From Gemmata obscuriglobus (GTDB lineage: Bacteria; Planctomycetota; Planctomycetia; Gemmatales; Gemmataceae): a stretch of 32,000 nucleotides of DNA. The first letter of the stretch is position 1. Each line of letters opens with the position of its first letter. The notes beneath the pieces were generated by a model. The model worked only from the letters and a program-made list of their open reading frames with translations. It ran no database searches and was not told the origin of the DNA. This document shows, in pieces, positions 16,412 to 24,514 of the stretch. The position numbers were made by a program, and so were the translations under genes. Where the stretch lies: assembly GCF_008065095.1 (NCBI RefSeq), contig NZ_CP042911.1, positions 7,410,001-7,442,000 on the forward strand. The letters run 5' to 3'.

Positions 16412-17704
16412 ATGCCGATCGTTCTGTCCCTCACCGGCCACCTGAACCCGCCCGAGCGGCTCGCGCGCGACGCGGTCCGGGACTGGCTCAGCCGCGCCGC
16501 GGTCTGGTTCGAGGGGGTCGGGGACGTGGTGCTCGACGCCCGCGTGGTCCGCGACGGCGAAGACCGGCCGGTTCTGCTGGTGCTCCTGCACCCGGCGGCG
16601 CCCGCGGCCGAGATCCGGCTCGGGGCCAGCGGGAAGGTCCGCGTGACCGCGATCACGACGCCCGCCGGGCCGGGGTATCACATCCACCTGTGCGGGCTGC
16701 TGCGCCGGCTGGCGACCGAGTTCCGCTTCGCGCTGCCCCTCGACGACTGCACCGACCCCACAAACTACTTCCAGTCCCGCGACCGCGGGCGGTGCGAGCA
16801 GGCGTTCCTCCGCTGGCTCGCCGACGCGTGCGCCGCCGGCGCCACGAGCCCCGGGCTGCCCCCGAACCACGGGTACAGTCACCCGGGCGAGGTGCTCACG
16901 CCGCTGGGGCCGCGGTCGCGGGCGTGGCGCGACCAGGTCGCCGCCGACCCGGCGCGCGGGCGCGAGTTCTTCCCGTGGTGGGCGCCGGACCTCGACCCGG
17001 CGTTCTACCGGGACCGCGCGCTGGTGCGCCTCTGGTGCGACTTCCCGTGGCGTCCGCCGCTGTCGGAAGAAGAGGGCGAACTGGCGGACCAGATCGCCAA
17101 CGACCTCGCCAGCGCGTTCAAACTCGATCCCGGGGCGGAGCTGCCCTGGGCGGAGTGGCTCGAACTGCTTACCGCGATCCGCGGCGACGAGGACGGGTAC
17201 TGCGTCACGCCCGACGACGCCGGGCTGAGCATCGAACTGTGGAAGCACCTCGGCCCGCTCCCGGCGCCCGCGAAAGAGCGGATCGGGTACCGGCGCTACC
17301 CGGTCCGCGTGCAGCTCGACGGCGGGTGGTCGGTGGAGGTGCCCGGCGAGTTGCTCCGCGAGCGGAACGACGACCGCACCTGGACCGCATGGGACGGCAC
17401 ACGGACGGTGTGGTTCCAGGCGCTCCGGTTCACCAAGAAGGACGGCGCCCAGCCGACCGCGGCCGAAACCGCCGAGGTGGGCCGCAAGAGTTTACCCGAA
17501 GGGGAGGCGCTCGCCCCGCTCGACCGCGACGGGCTGCGCGGCGAGGCGGTGTTCGGGGTGGTGGAGGAGGACGGCCGACGGCTGTGGCGGCTGAGCGGCG
17601 TGACCGGTGCGTCCGGCGAACTGGCGGTGTGCAACGTGTACGTCGAGAGCGAGGCCGACCGCGACTGGGCCGTGCGCACCTGGCACTCACTCCGGCACGC
17701 CTGA
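16412..17704 (+). CDS. hypothetical cytoplasmic protein (about 430 aa), Trp/Arg/Asp-rich, no recognised domain
   Basis: ATG 16412 lies 12 nt after GGAG (16396-16399). The ORF-track start at 16211 would run through the terminator region. The same-strand alternative frame 16228-17709 is Arg/Pro junk. Confidence 0.55.
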   Translation: MPIVLSLTGHLNPPERLARDAVRDWLSRAAVWFEGVGDVVLDARVVRDGEDRPVLLVLLHPAAPAAEIRLGASGKVRVTAITTPAGPGYHIHLCGLLRRLATEFRFALPLDDCTDPTNYFQSRDRGRCEQAFLRWLADACAAGATSPGLPPNHGYSHPGEVLTPLGPRSRAWRDQVAADPARGREFFPWWAPDLDPAFYRDRALVRLWCDFPWRPPLSEEEGELADQIANDLASAFKLDPGAELPWAEWLELLTAIRGDEDGYCVTPDDAGLSIELWKHLGPLPAPAKERIGYRRYPVRVQLDGGWSVEVPGELLRERNDDRTWTAWDGTRTVWFQALRFTKKDGAQPTAAETAEVGRKSLPEGEALAPLDRDGLRGEAVFGVVEEDGRRLWRLSGVTGASGELAVCNVYVESEADRDWAVRTWHSLRHA

Positions 17705-17821
17705 CGTGAGCGACGACGTTCCAGGCGTCTCAAGCTCCAAACGCGGGGTCGGGAGCCCGGCGCAGCAAAAGTCCGAACGGCCGTGCGGCGAGTGTCCCAA
17801 CTTGGACGTGCTCAATGCGGC

Positions 17822-18229
17822 TCACCGCGGGGCGTACACCATCGCCGCACGGACCGCCGCGACCAACTGGTCGCGCAGGAACGGCTTGGCCAGATACCCG
17901 TCGGCCCCGTGGCGCGGTAAGTCCTCTTCCGGCCGGCCGCTCATCAGCACGAACTTGACGTGCGGCGCCAGGGCGCGCAACTCGGACATCAGCTCGACCC
18001 CGCTGCGGTCCGGGAGCGAGACGTCCAGCAGCGCCACAGAGAAAGGGCGGTCCGCGAGGCCCACCCGCCGGACCGCGTCGGCCGCGTCCCCGACCGCATC
18101 AACCAGGAAGCCGGCGCGCTCCAGCATCACCCGCGCGATCATCCGGATGCTGGGCTCGTCGTCCACAACCAGAACGCGCGGGCGTGGGAGCAGGGTCGTC
18201 GGGAGCGGGGTGCAATCGTTGAGGGCCAT
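17822..18229 (-). CDS. stand-alone response regulator receiver (CheY-like)
   Basis: Receiver motifs are VLVVDDEPSIR, LLDVSLPDRSG, KFVLMSG and YLAKPF. ATG 18229 lies 9 nt after a perfect GAGGAGG (18239-18245 on the minus strand), so it is preferred over the ORF-track start at 18256. Confidence 0.85.
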   Translation of the reverse strand: MALNDCTPLPTTLLPRPRVLVVDDEPSIRMIARVMLERAGFLVDAVGDAADAVRRVGLADRPFSVALLDVSLPDRSGVELMSELRALAPHVKFVLMSGRPEEDLPRHGADGYLAKPFLRDQLVAAVRAAMVYAPR

Positions 18230-18293
18230 CTCGGGCGTCCTCCTCTTGTGGGCCAATTACGACCGCGCGGCCGGGGAGCAGCGGCCGGGCCGA

Positions 18294-19253
18294 TCAAAGT
18301 CCGAGCTGCCCCGCGATCCCGCGGAGCAGCTCACGGTCCGAATCCGGTCGGGTCGGGCTGCGCGGGTGGGTCGCGTCGCACCCGATCCACCCGCGCAACT
18401 TCAGAAACATGGCGGCCGAGTGCTTGTACGCCGGGACCGGGCCGCGGAAGGCGAGAAACCCGAGGTACTGGAGCACGTCGTTCAGCTCGTAGAACCGGAT
18501 GTCCCCGGTAAGCCAGTACGAGTCCCGGAGCGCGAACAGGTCGGGGGCGAAGGTGCTGAGCCCGAGCAGGTAGTCGCTGCCGTACGCGACCATGTCGACG
18601 GCCAGGTCGTTGCCGGTGAACACTTTGAACCCCGGCCGCACCGCGTCGCGCAACACGAGCCGCTGCCATTCCGCCTCGCGGTTCAGGGACGAGTGTTTCG
18701 CCCCGACGCAGCGGCGCACGCCCATGAGTCCCCGATACACATCAAGGTCGTATATCCGCCCGAACGGCGCGAACATCGTGCCCAATTCGAACGCGATGAA
18801 CGAGTCGCACCCCGCACCCAGCGCCTCGTACGCCGCGACCAGTTCCGGCCCGGGCAGCGCGGTGAGCCCGTGGCTCTGGAAGATGACCGGCGTGCCGCCG
18901 CGCGCCACAACCTCTGCGGCCGCGCGCTGATACCCAGATAAATCGAACGCATCCCCCGGTGCGTCAGAAATAAATGTGCCCGCCACAAAGTTTTTTCCGC
19001 CGAGAGCGGAACGAGTGGCGTCCAGCACCGCAATTTTCTGGTCGGGCGTTAGCAGGTTGACGAACCCGGTGTCCATGTTCACGGCCGGCGTCAGCCCGGC
19101 CTCGGCGGTGCGCACGCAGTGCGCCGCGAACGCCGGCCAGTCGATGTCACCGGAACTCGTGAACGGGAGCAGGATCGCCGAAATGCCGGTGATCTTCCGC
19201 TTCGGGCGGAGCAGCGCGAGTGGGTCGACCGGCGGAACGTTGGTCATCGGCAT
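18294..19253 (-). CDS. dihydrodipicolinate synthase/N-acetylneuraminate lyase-family-like TIM-barrel protein (family assignment tentative)
   Basis: About 319 aa from ATG 19253 (19247 is an alternative). The N-terminal pattern GISAILLPFTSSGDIDWPAFAAHCVRTAEAGLTPAVNMDTGFVNLLTPDQ resembles the DapA-family beta1-alpha1-beta2 region. The Arg-rich N-terminal extension in the ORF track was rejected. Confidence 0.55.
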   Translation of the reverse strand: MPMTNVPPVDPLALLRPKRKITGISAILLPFTSSGDIDWPAFAAHCVRTAEAGLTPAVNMDTGFVNLLTPDQKIAVLDATRSALGGKNFVAGTFISDAPGDAFDLSGYQRAAAEVVARGGTPVIFQSHGLTALPGPELVAAYEALGAGCDSFIAFELGTMFAPFGRIYDLDVYRGLMGVRRCVGAKHSSLNREAEWQRLVLRDAVRPGFKVFTGNDLAVDMVAYGSDYLLGLSTFAPDLFALRDSYWLTGDIRFYELNDVLQYLGFLAFRGPVPAYKHSAAMFLKLRGWIGCDATHPRSPTRPDSDRELLRGIAGQLGL

Positions 19254-19710
19254 CTCACCGGGAGCGTGTTCAGCGGGCTCATCGTACCGCCCCTGGTCCG
19301 CGCCTGGAACGAAGATCCCGCGGGTTCCTGCACCGCGGGCGTGCGAACCGCGTGAGCGTTTGCGATCGCGAGTGGTCCTTTTTATATTGTTCGCCACAGC
19401 TCGCGCGTGCCCGGACGAAGCATTCGCATTTCTTTCTCATAAGAAGAGCGGCCGCCGGGTTGCGGCCCCGGATCTTCCTCCACACAACAATTGAACCGAC
19501 ACGTCGGCCCCCGCACGCGAACGCACGCCGAATCGCGGCACCCGTCCGGCCCGCACGTCGCGTACATCTTGCCCACATTCCGCCGCAATTCCCCTATCTT
19601 CCGCGACCCGGGGTCAACCGGCGCATCCGGGCCGGACGATTCATTCGCTACGCACGGACGCCCGCAGCGCCACGGACGGCGACACGGGCACGCTGCAAGG
19701 AGGCAATGAC

Positions 19711-20940
19711 ATGACCCGTTGGTTCAGCAAGCGGTGGGCGTGGGCCGCGGCGGTCGGCGCCACCATGACCGTGTCGCTCGCGGCGGTCGGTGCGGACGCG
19801 CCGCCCCAGAAGGTCGGCGCGACTATCTCGCTCGACATCGACGGCAAGGGCGAGCGCCAGTTTAAGGTGGTCAAGTGCGAGAAGCAGGCGGACGGCTCCT
19901 ACCACTCCGAACTCAAGGACACCAAGTCCGGGGAGACGATCACGCTCGTGGACCAACCGGACGCGGCCCCCGCGAAGGGAACCGGTGCGCCGGAGCCGGC
20001 CAAGCCCGTCGAGCCGCCGAAGGCGAAGCCGCGGACCAATGACCCGCTGACCCCGCCGCTCGCGGCAGCGATGCCCGATGCCGCGAAAGACAAAGAGAAG
20101 GACAAGGAAAAAGAGAAAGACAAGCGACCGATTCTGGGTCGCGTGTTCGGCGACCGGGACAAGTCCCCGGAACCGAACGAACCGGCGAAGAAGCCCGGGC
20201 TGTTCACCCGCGTCTTCGGTCCGAAGAAGGCGCCGGGGGCAAACGCGCCCGCCATGACGGCGCCGGCAGGCGCCAAGCCGACGAGCGCAACACCGCCGGC
20301 CGTGATCCCAACCCCCGCGGGAGGACTGACCGGCGGGAGCACCACGGCCGAGCCGCCGCGCGTGATGCCGACGAGGCCTGTAACGCCACCACCGGCGACG
20401 ACGGCACCGAGCATCCCGGCACCCGCACCGGCGGTGTCAACACCGTCGATCCCCGCCCCGCTCCCGGCGGCGCCGGCAACGACCGCGCCGCCGTCGATCC
20501 CACTGCCGCTGCCGGCCCCTCCGGCCGGCGGGAGCGGGCTGCCGCCGATCCCGATTCCGCCCGGCGGGACGTCGTCAACGAAGCCGCTCCAGGTCGTGGT
20601 GCCGGCGGGGTACGTCCCGGCACAAGTGGCGTTCGACCGCGACGTGGAGCCGTTCGTGATCGCCCTTCAATCGATGGCGGCCCCGTCGGCGCGGCTGACG
20701 GCCGCGAAGGGTTTGGCCGAGGGCAGGCACGGCTCGACGGACGGGGTGAAGGCGGTACTGTTCAAGGCCGCCCAGGCGGACCCGTGCGGCGAGGTGCGGG
20801 CGGCGTGCATCGCCCACCTGTGCAAACTCGGGTACTTCGACCAGCAGTTCCTGGGCCACATCCAAACGGCGTGCGGCGACCCGGACCAGCAAGTGAGCGC
20901 GGCCGCCAAGGACGCGTGCGCGAAGATGTTGCGGAAGTGA
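19711..20940 (+). CDS. secreted Pro/Ala/Lys-rich protein with a C-terminal HEAT-like repeat region
   Basis: A perfect AAGGAGG (19697-19703) lies 7 nt upstream of the ATG. The signal peptide is WAWAAAVGATMTVSLAAVGADA. A KDKEKDKEKEKDK run and a long Pro-rich linker follow. The C-terminal helical repeats carry Cys (EVRAACIAHLCKLG...VSAAAKDACAKML). Confidence 0.75.
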   Translation: MTRWFSKRWAWAAAVGATMTVSLAAVGADAPPQKVGATISLDIDGKGERQFKVVKCEKQADGSYHSELKDTKSGETITLVDQPDAAPAKGTGAPEPAKPVEPPKAKPRTNDPLTPPLAAAMPDAAKDKEKDKEKEKDKRPILGRVFGDRDKSPEPNEPAKKPGLFTRVFGPKKAPGANAPAMTAPAGAKPTSATPPAVIPTPAGGLTGGSTTAEPPRVMPTRPVTPPPATTAPSIPAPAPAVSTPSIPAPLPAAPATTAPPSIPLPLPAPPAGGSGLPPIPIPPGGTSSTKPLQVVVPAGYVPAQVAFDRDVEPFVIALQSMAAPSARLTAAKGLAEGRHGSTDGVKAVLFKAAQADPCGEVRAACIAHLCKLGYFDQQFLGHIQTACGDPDQQVSAAAKDACAKMLRK

Positions 20941-20998
20941 TGCCCTCGCGTGCCCCGTCGCTTCAAGTCTGTTGACTGTGCGTGCCACCCGCCCGTGT

Positions 20999-22215
20999 AG
21001 GGCTCACGCACTATGAAGTGGTGGCCGTGTAAGGGTTTGTGCGTATCGCGGGGTCAGGAGGACACCGATGGCTTTGCCCCTGACCAGCGTCTTTGCGGAC
21101 CTGCCGGACCCGCGAACCGAGACGGCGAACAAGATCCACACGCTGACGGACATCCTGACCATCGCCACCTGTGCGGTGATCGCCGGGGCCGAGGGATGGG
21201 AGGACATCGCCGAGTACGGCCGTTCTAAGGAAGCCTTCTTCCGCCGGTTCCTCGAGCTCAAGAACGGCGTCCCGAGCCACGACACCTTCTACCGGGTGTT
21301 CACCAAGCTCGACCCCGACGCCTTCGCCGACCGGTTCGCCCGATGGACGGCCGAGGTGTGCGAGGCGACCGGGCTGACCCGACCCGACATCGACGGTCCG
21401 ACCCACGTCGCGGTGGACGGGAAGAGCGCCCGCCGGTCCGCCAAGCCGACGTTCTCCGGGTGCCTGCACCTGGTCGAGGTGTGGGACATCGGGAGCAACC
21501 TGATCCTCGGCCAGCGGTCGGTGCCCGAGGGCGGGCACGAGATCACCACGTTCCGGGACGTGCTCGCCACCCTGGACCTGACGGGGGCGGTGGTGACGCT
21601 GGACGCCGCCGGGTGCCAGACCGAGACGCTGGAGGTGATCCGGGCGCGGGGCGGGGAGTACGTGGTGTGCGTGAAGGGGAACCAACCGACCCTGCGGGAC
21701 GCCATCGCCGGGGTGTTCGACCGGGCCGGCGAAGCAGAATTCGCCGGGTGCGACGGGCACACGTCGGTGACCGACGCGCACGGCCGGCACGAGGAGCGGA
21801 ATGTGACGGTGGTGCACGACCCAGACGGGCTGCCGGCCGGTTGGGCGGGTGTCGGCTCGGTCGCGTTGGTGTGCCGGGACCGGCAGGTGAAGGGGAAGGC
21901 GAACGAGAGCACCGCCCACTACTACCTGAGCAGCCTGCGGGTCGGCGCGGCCGAGCTGGCCGGGTACATCCGCGGGCACTGGCACATCGAGTCGATGCAC
22001 TGGGTTCTGGACGTGGCGTTCCGGGAGGACGAGAGCCGGACGCGAGTCGGGCACGCGGGTGCCAACCTGGGGATGATCCGGCGGGTGGCCGTGTCCCTGC
22101 TCAAGCGCGCCGGGAAGAAGGGGAGTATCCACACCCGACGGCTCCGGGCCGGATGGGACGACCAGTACATGGCTCAAGTGCTCCAAGGACTCTCCACGCA
22201 TAGTGCGTAAGCCCT
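20999..22215 (+). mobile_element. ISAs1-family insertion sequence, apparently intact (about 1.22 kb)
   Basis: Terminal inverted repeats are (gt)agggctcacgcactatg at the left end and catagtgcgtaagccct(ac) at the right, with 1 mismatch. The flanking direct repeat acccgcccgtgt occurs at 20987-20998 and 22216-22227, giving an 8-12 bp TSD depending on where the IR ends. There is a single transposase ORF. Confidence 0.9.
21068..22210 (+). CDS. ISAs1-family DDE transposase (H-repeat-associated-protein type)
   Basis: 380 aa. The N-terminal block is FADLPDPRTETANKIHTLTDILTIATCAVIAGAEGWEDIAEYG...FLELKNGVPSHDTFYRVF. The DDE region is VAVDGKSARRS, VTLDAAGCQ and IRGHWHIESMHWVLDVAFREDESR. The stop lies inside the right IR. 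Confidence 0.93.
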   Translation: MALPLTSVFADLPDPRTETANKIHTLTDILTIATCAVIAGAEGWEDIAEYGRSKEAFFRRFLELKNGVPSHDTFYRVFTKLDPDAFADRFARWTAEVCEATGLTRPDIDGPTHVAVDGKSARRSAKPTFSGCLHLVEVWDIGSNLILGQRSVPEGGHEITTFRDVLATLDLTGAVVTLDAAGCQTETLEVIRARGGEYVVCVKGNQPTLRDAIAGVFDRAGEAEFAGCDGHTSVTDAHGRHEERNVTVVHDPDGLPAGWAGVGSVALVCRDRQVKGKANESTAHYYLSSLRVGAAELAGYIRGHWHIESMHWVLDVAFREDESRTRVGHAGANLGMIRRVAVSLLKRAGKKGSIHTRRLRAGWDDQYMAQVLQGLSTHSA

Positions 22216-22396
22216 ACCCGCCCGTGTGAACCGGCGGGTGGTCCATTGCGGTGTCCTGATCCCGCAACCAATTCCCTCAGCACCATGCGAACTTACAGCG
22301 ACGGATTTGGTGCGTACCGGCTCACCTCAGCAAGCCGTATGTGACGGTGCGGCTGCGGGCGTGTAAAATGCCCTTCCCTCCCCACAGAGCCCCGCC

Positions 22397-23230
22397 ATGA
22401 ACGCCCCGAACACGTTCCAAACGATCCCGGGACAGGACGACCTCCAGCAGATCCCGCGCGACCTCTCGTTCCACCCGAGTGGCACCACCGACCCGAAGGT
22501 ACTGACCCGCGCACAAGTCGAGCACTACAACCAGCACGGCTACATCAAACCGCTCGACATCTTCACCGCCTCTGAAGCGGACGGGCTGCGCCGCTACTTC
22601 GATGACCTGCTGCAAAAGTACGTGGCGGAAGGGAAAGACAGCTACTCCATCAGTTCCGCGCACCTGCGTCACGGGCGGGTGTGGGACGTGCTCACGAACC
22701 CGAAGATCGTCGCGGTCGTGTCCGACCTGCTCGGTCCGAGTGTGGTCGCGTGGGGCTCGCACTTCTTCTGCAAGATGCCGAAGGACGGGAAAACGGTGAG
22801 CTGGCACCAGGACGCCAGCTACTGGCCGCTCACACCCAGCAAGGCGGTCACGGTGTGGCTCGCGATCGACGACGCCGACCGCGGCAACGCCAGCATGAAG
22901 TACATCCCGGGCACGCAAGTGCTGGGGCACCTGACGTACAAGCTCAGCGAGACCGACGAGAGCAACATCCTGAACCAGACCGTGCCCGAGGTGGAACGGT
23001 ACGGCGCCCCGGTGTACGTCGAACTCAAGGCGGGCCAAGCGTCGCTGCACTCCGACCTGCTGCTACACGGGTCCGAGGTGAACACGAGCGACCGCCGCCG
23101 CTGCGGGCTGACGCTCCGCTACACGACCGGCGACGTGCAGGCGCACATGGGCTGGCACGAGAAGGGGGTGGTCGTGAGCGGGCCGCCGCCGGCGAACTGG
23201 GGCAACCGCCCGCGGCCGACGGAGGAGTGA
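22397..23230 (+). CDS. phytanoyl-CoA dioxygenase (PhyH) family Fe(II)/2-oxoglutarate oxygenase
   Basis: 277 aa. Motifs are HYNQHGYIKPL, SWHQDASYWPL, VWLAIDDADRGNASMKYIPGT, LHSDLLLHGSEVN and RCGLTLRY. Confidence 0.85.
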   Translation: MNAPNTFQTIPGQDDLQQIPRDLSFHPSGTTDPKVLTRAQVEHYNQHGYIKPLDIFTASEADGLRRYFDDLLQKYVAEGKDSYSISSAHLRHGRVWDVLTNPKIVAVVSDLLGPSVVAWGSHFFCKMPKDGKTVSWHQDASYWPLTPSKAVTVWLAIDDADRGNASMKYIPGTQVLGHLTYKLSETDESNILNQTVPEVERYGAPVYVELKAGQASLHSDLLLHGSEVNTSDRRRCGLTLRYTTGDVQAHMGWHEKGVVVSGPPPANWGNRPRPTEE

Positions 23231-23354
23231 CGCGGCGCGGTCACCTCTGCCGGGGACAGCGAGCCCAGTCGTTTCAGGTTCCAGGTGAAGCGCAAGGCGC
23301 ACGAATGGTCTAATTCACGACCCGGTTACTGGTGTCCGTTTTGGGCTGATGCCG

Positions 23355-23422
23355 TTGTGGCACAGACATTCCTGTCTATGCAAGCCCCAGAAGCAACACA
23401 AACATGAATGTCTGTGTCACAA
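23355..23422. repeat. 17-bp inverted repeat (16/17) with a 34-nt loop inside a low-GC intergenic patch
   Basis: ttgtggcacagacattc (23355-23371) pairs with gaatgtctgtgtcacaa (23406-23422). Confidence 0.6.
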
Positions 23423-23650
23423 GAAACAGATACCTCCAGCCGGATCGTGAATGAGGCATTTGCCGAGACCGTGACCAACTTCGACGGATCACGAGGCGAC
23501 GTGCAGGTTCGCCTCATTTACGATAAAACACCCAATATAACTCCATTACAATATATATATATATTCCATCCCAATCTATCACAAAACATCCGCCCTAGCG
23601 ATACAACGAACGGTTTGATTTGGTCCGTGAAGCCGGGGCTGAGCGCCCGC

Positions 23651-24115
23651 TCAGCCGGGCGGCTTTCCAAGTTGCGCCTTCAACTCGCGCAACTCTTGCT
23701 GGAGCTGTCGCAGTACGGTGTTCTGTGCTTCGAGGTGCTCCAGCACCACGCGGATCTCTTCCTCGGCCTTCAGGTTGATCTCGTAATCGTTCTGGGCGCG
23801 GATGCGGTCGAGCACCGCGACCCGGTTCTGGCTCATCATGATCATCGGCGCGGTGTACGCGGCCTGCATCGAGAGGAACAGGTTCATCAGGATGAACGGG
23901 TACGGGTCCCAGTGCTCCACCCAGGCCGCCACGTTCAGGCCCGCCCACACCGCCAAAACAAGCGACTGGACCCCGATGAACCACCACGACCCGACGAGCG
24001 CCGCGACGCGGTCGGCGGCCCACGCGCCGAAGGTCAGGCTCGAAGTGGCGACCTCGTTCGTGTTCCGAACGGGCGGGTGGTCGTGTTCGTATGGTGCGGG
24101 AAAGTGCGGCTGCAT
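23651..24115 (-). CDS. DUF1003-family membrane protein
   Basis: 154 aa. It has two TM helices (VGSWWFIGVQSLVLAVWAGLNV; PYPFILMNLFLSMQAAYTAPMIMMSQNR) followed by a coiled coil, as in DUF1003 proteins. Confidence 0.8.
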   Translation of the reverse strand: MQPHFPAPYEHDHPPVRNTNEVATSSLTFGAWAADRVAALVGSWWFIGVQSLVLAVWAGLNVAAWVEHWDPYPFILMNLFLSMQAAYTAPMIMMSQNRVAVLDRIRAQNDYEINLKAEEEIRVVLEHLEAQNTVLRQLQQELRELKAQLGKPPG

Positions 24116-24345
24116 GTGCGTCGTGCCGGGAGCGTGGGCCTAAACCGGTGTTACTCTACCGCCCCCAGCGCCCGCGGGAAGTACCACCGGGCCGGCCGCC
24201 TGCGGGCACGAAACACGGCGACCGCCCCCGAACTCGCCAACCGCGCGTCGTCGTTGGCCGAGTGGGTGACACCTCCGGCCGTGCGACGCAGGCGGCCTAC
24301 CGCCCACGAAGCGACCGCGACCGTTCCGGCCGCGGTCCCAGTGAA

Positions 24346-24493
24346 ACCAAATCCGGTTGAAGAGTAACGGTGGTTGAGAGCGCCACCCGCCTGCTGACGC
24401 AGGCGGTTCGACAAACTGCGGTCGAACCGCCTGCGTCAGCAGGCGGGTGCAACCTACACTCTGCCGAGCGATTACTCTTCAACCGGATTTGGT
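24346..24493. repeat. 148-bp nested palindrome (MITE/REPIN-like): 22-bp perfect outer inverted repeats around a 29-bp perfect inner palindrome
   Basis: The outer arms, 24346-24367 and 24472-24493, are exact reverse complements (core ccggttgaagagta). The inner arms, 24384-24412 and 24421-24449, are also exact, with an 8-nt loop. Each inner arm itself contains gcctgc-tgac-gcaggc. Confidence 0.85.
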
Positions 24494-24514
24494 ATGAAAC
24501 GTTCTCAGGTGCAG

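Noticed and set aside
16211-17709. Upstream extension of the hypothetical gene to 16211, and the parallel 493-aa frame 16228-17709
   Set aside because: The extension begins 4 nt after the terminator T-tract and is Arg/Ala/Pro-rich junk, so the SD-supported ATG 16412 was preferred. The parallel frame is about 25% Arg and rich in Pro/Ala/Gly.
21011-22203. ORFs 21011-22201(-) and 21343-22203(+) inside the IS
   Set aside because: The 21068-22210 frame carries the ISAs1 transposase motifs. The others are Arg/Pro/Gly shadow frames.
23408-24367. 319-aa ORF starting in the low-GC patch, and the small ORF 23326-23517(-)
   Set aside because: The long ORF would lie antisense across the entire DUF1003 gene and becomes Arg/Pro junk. 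There is no SD and no recognisable fold.
24346-24493. Integron attC site
   Set aside because: The size and the imperfect-palindrome idea fit, but the outer motifs are arranged GTTGAAG...CTTCAAC rather than RYYYAAC...GTTRRRY. No integron integrase or cassette array is present.
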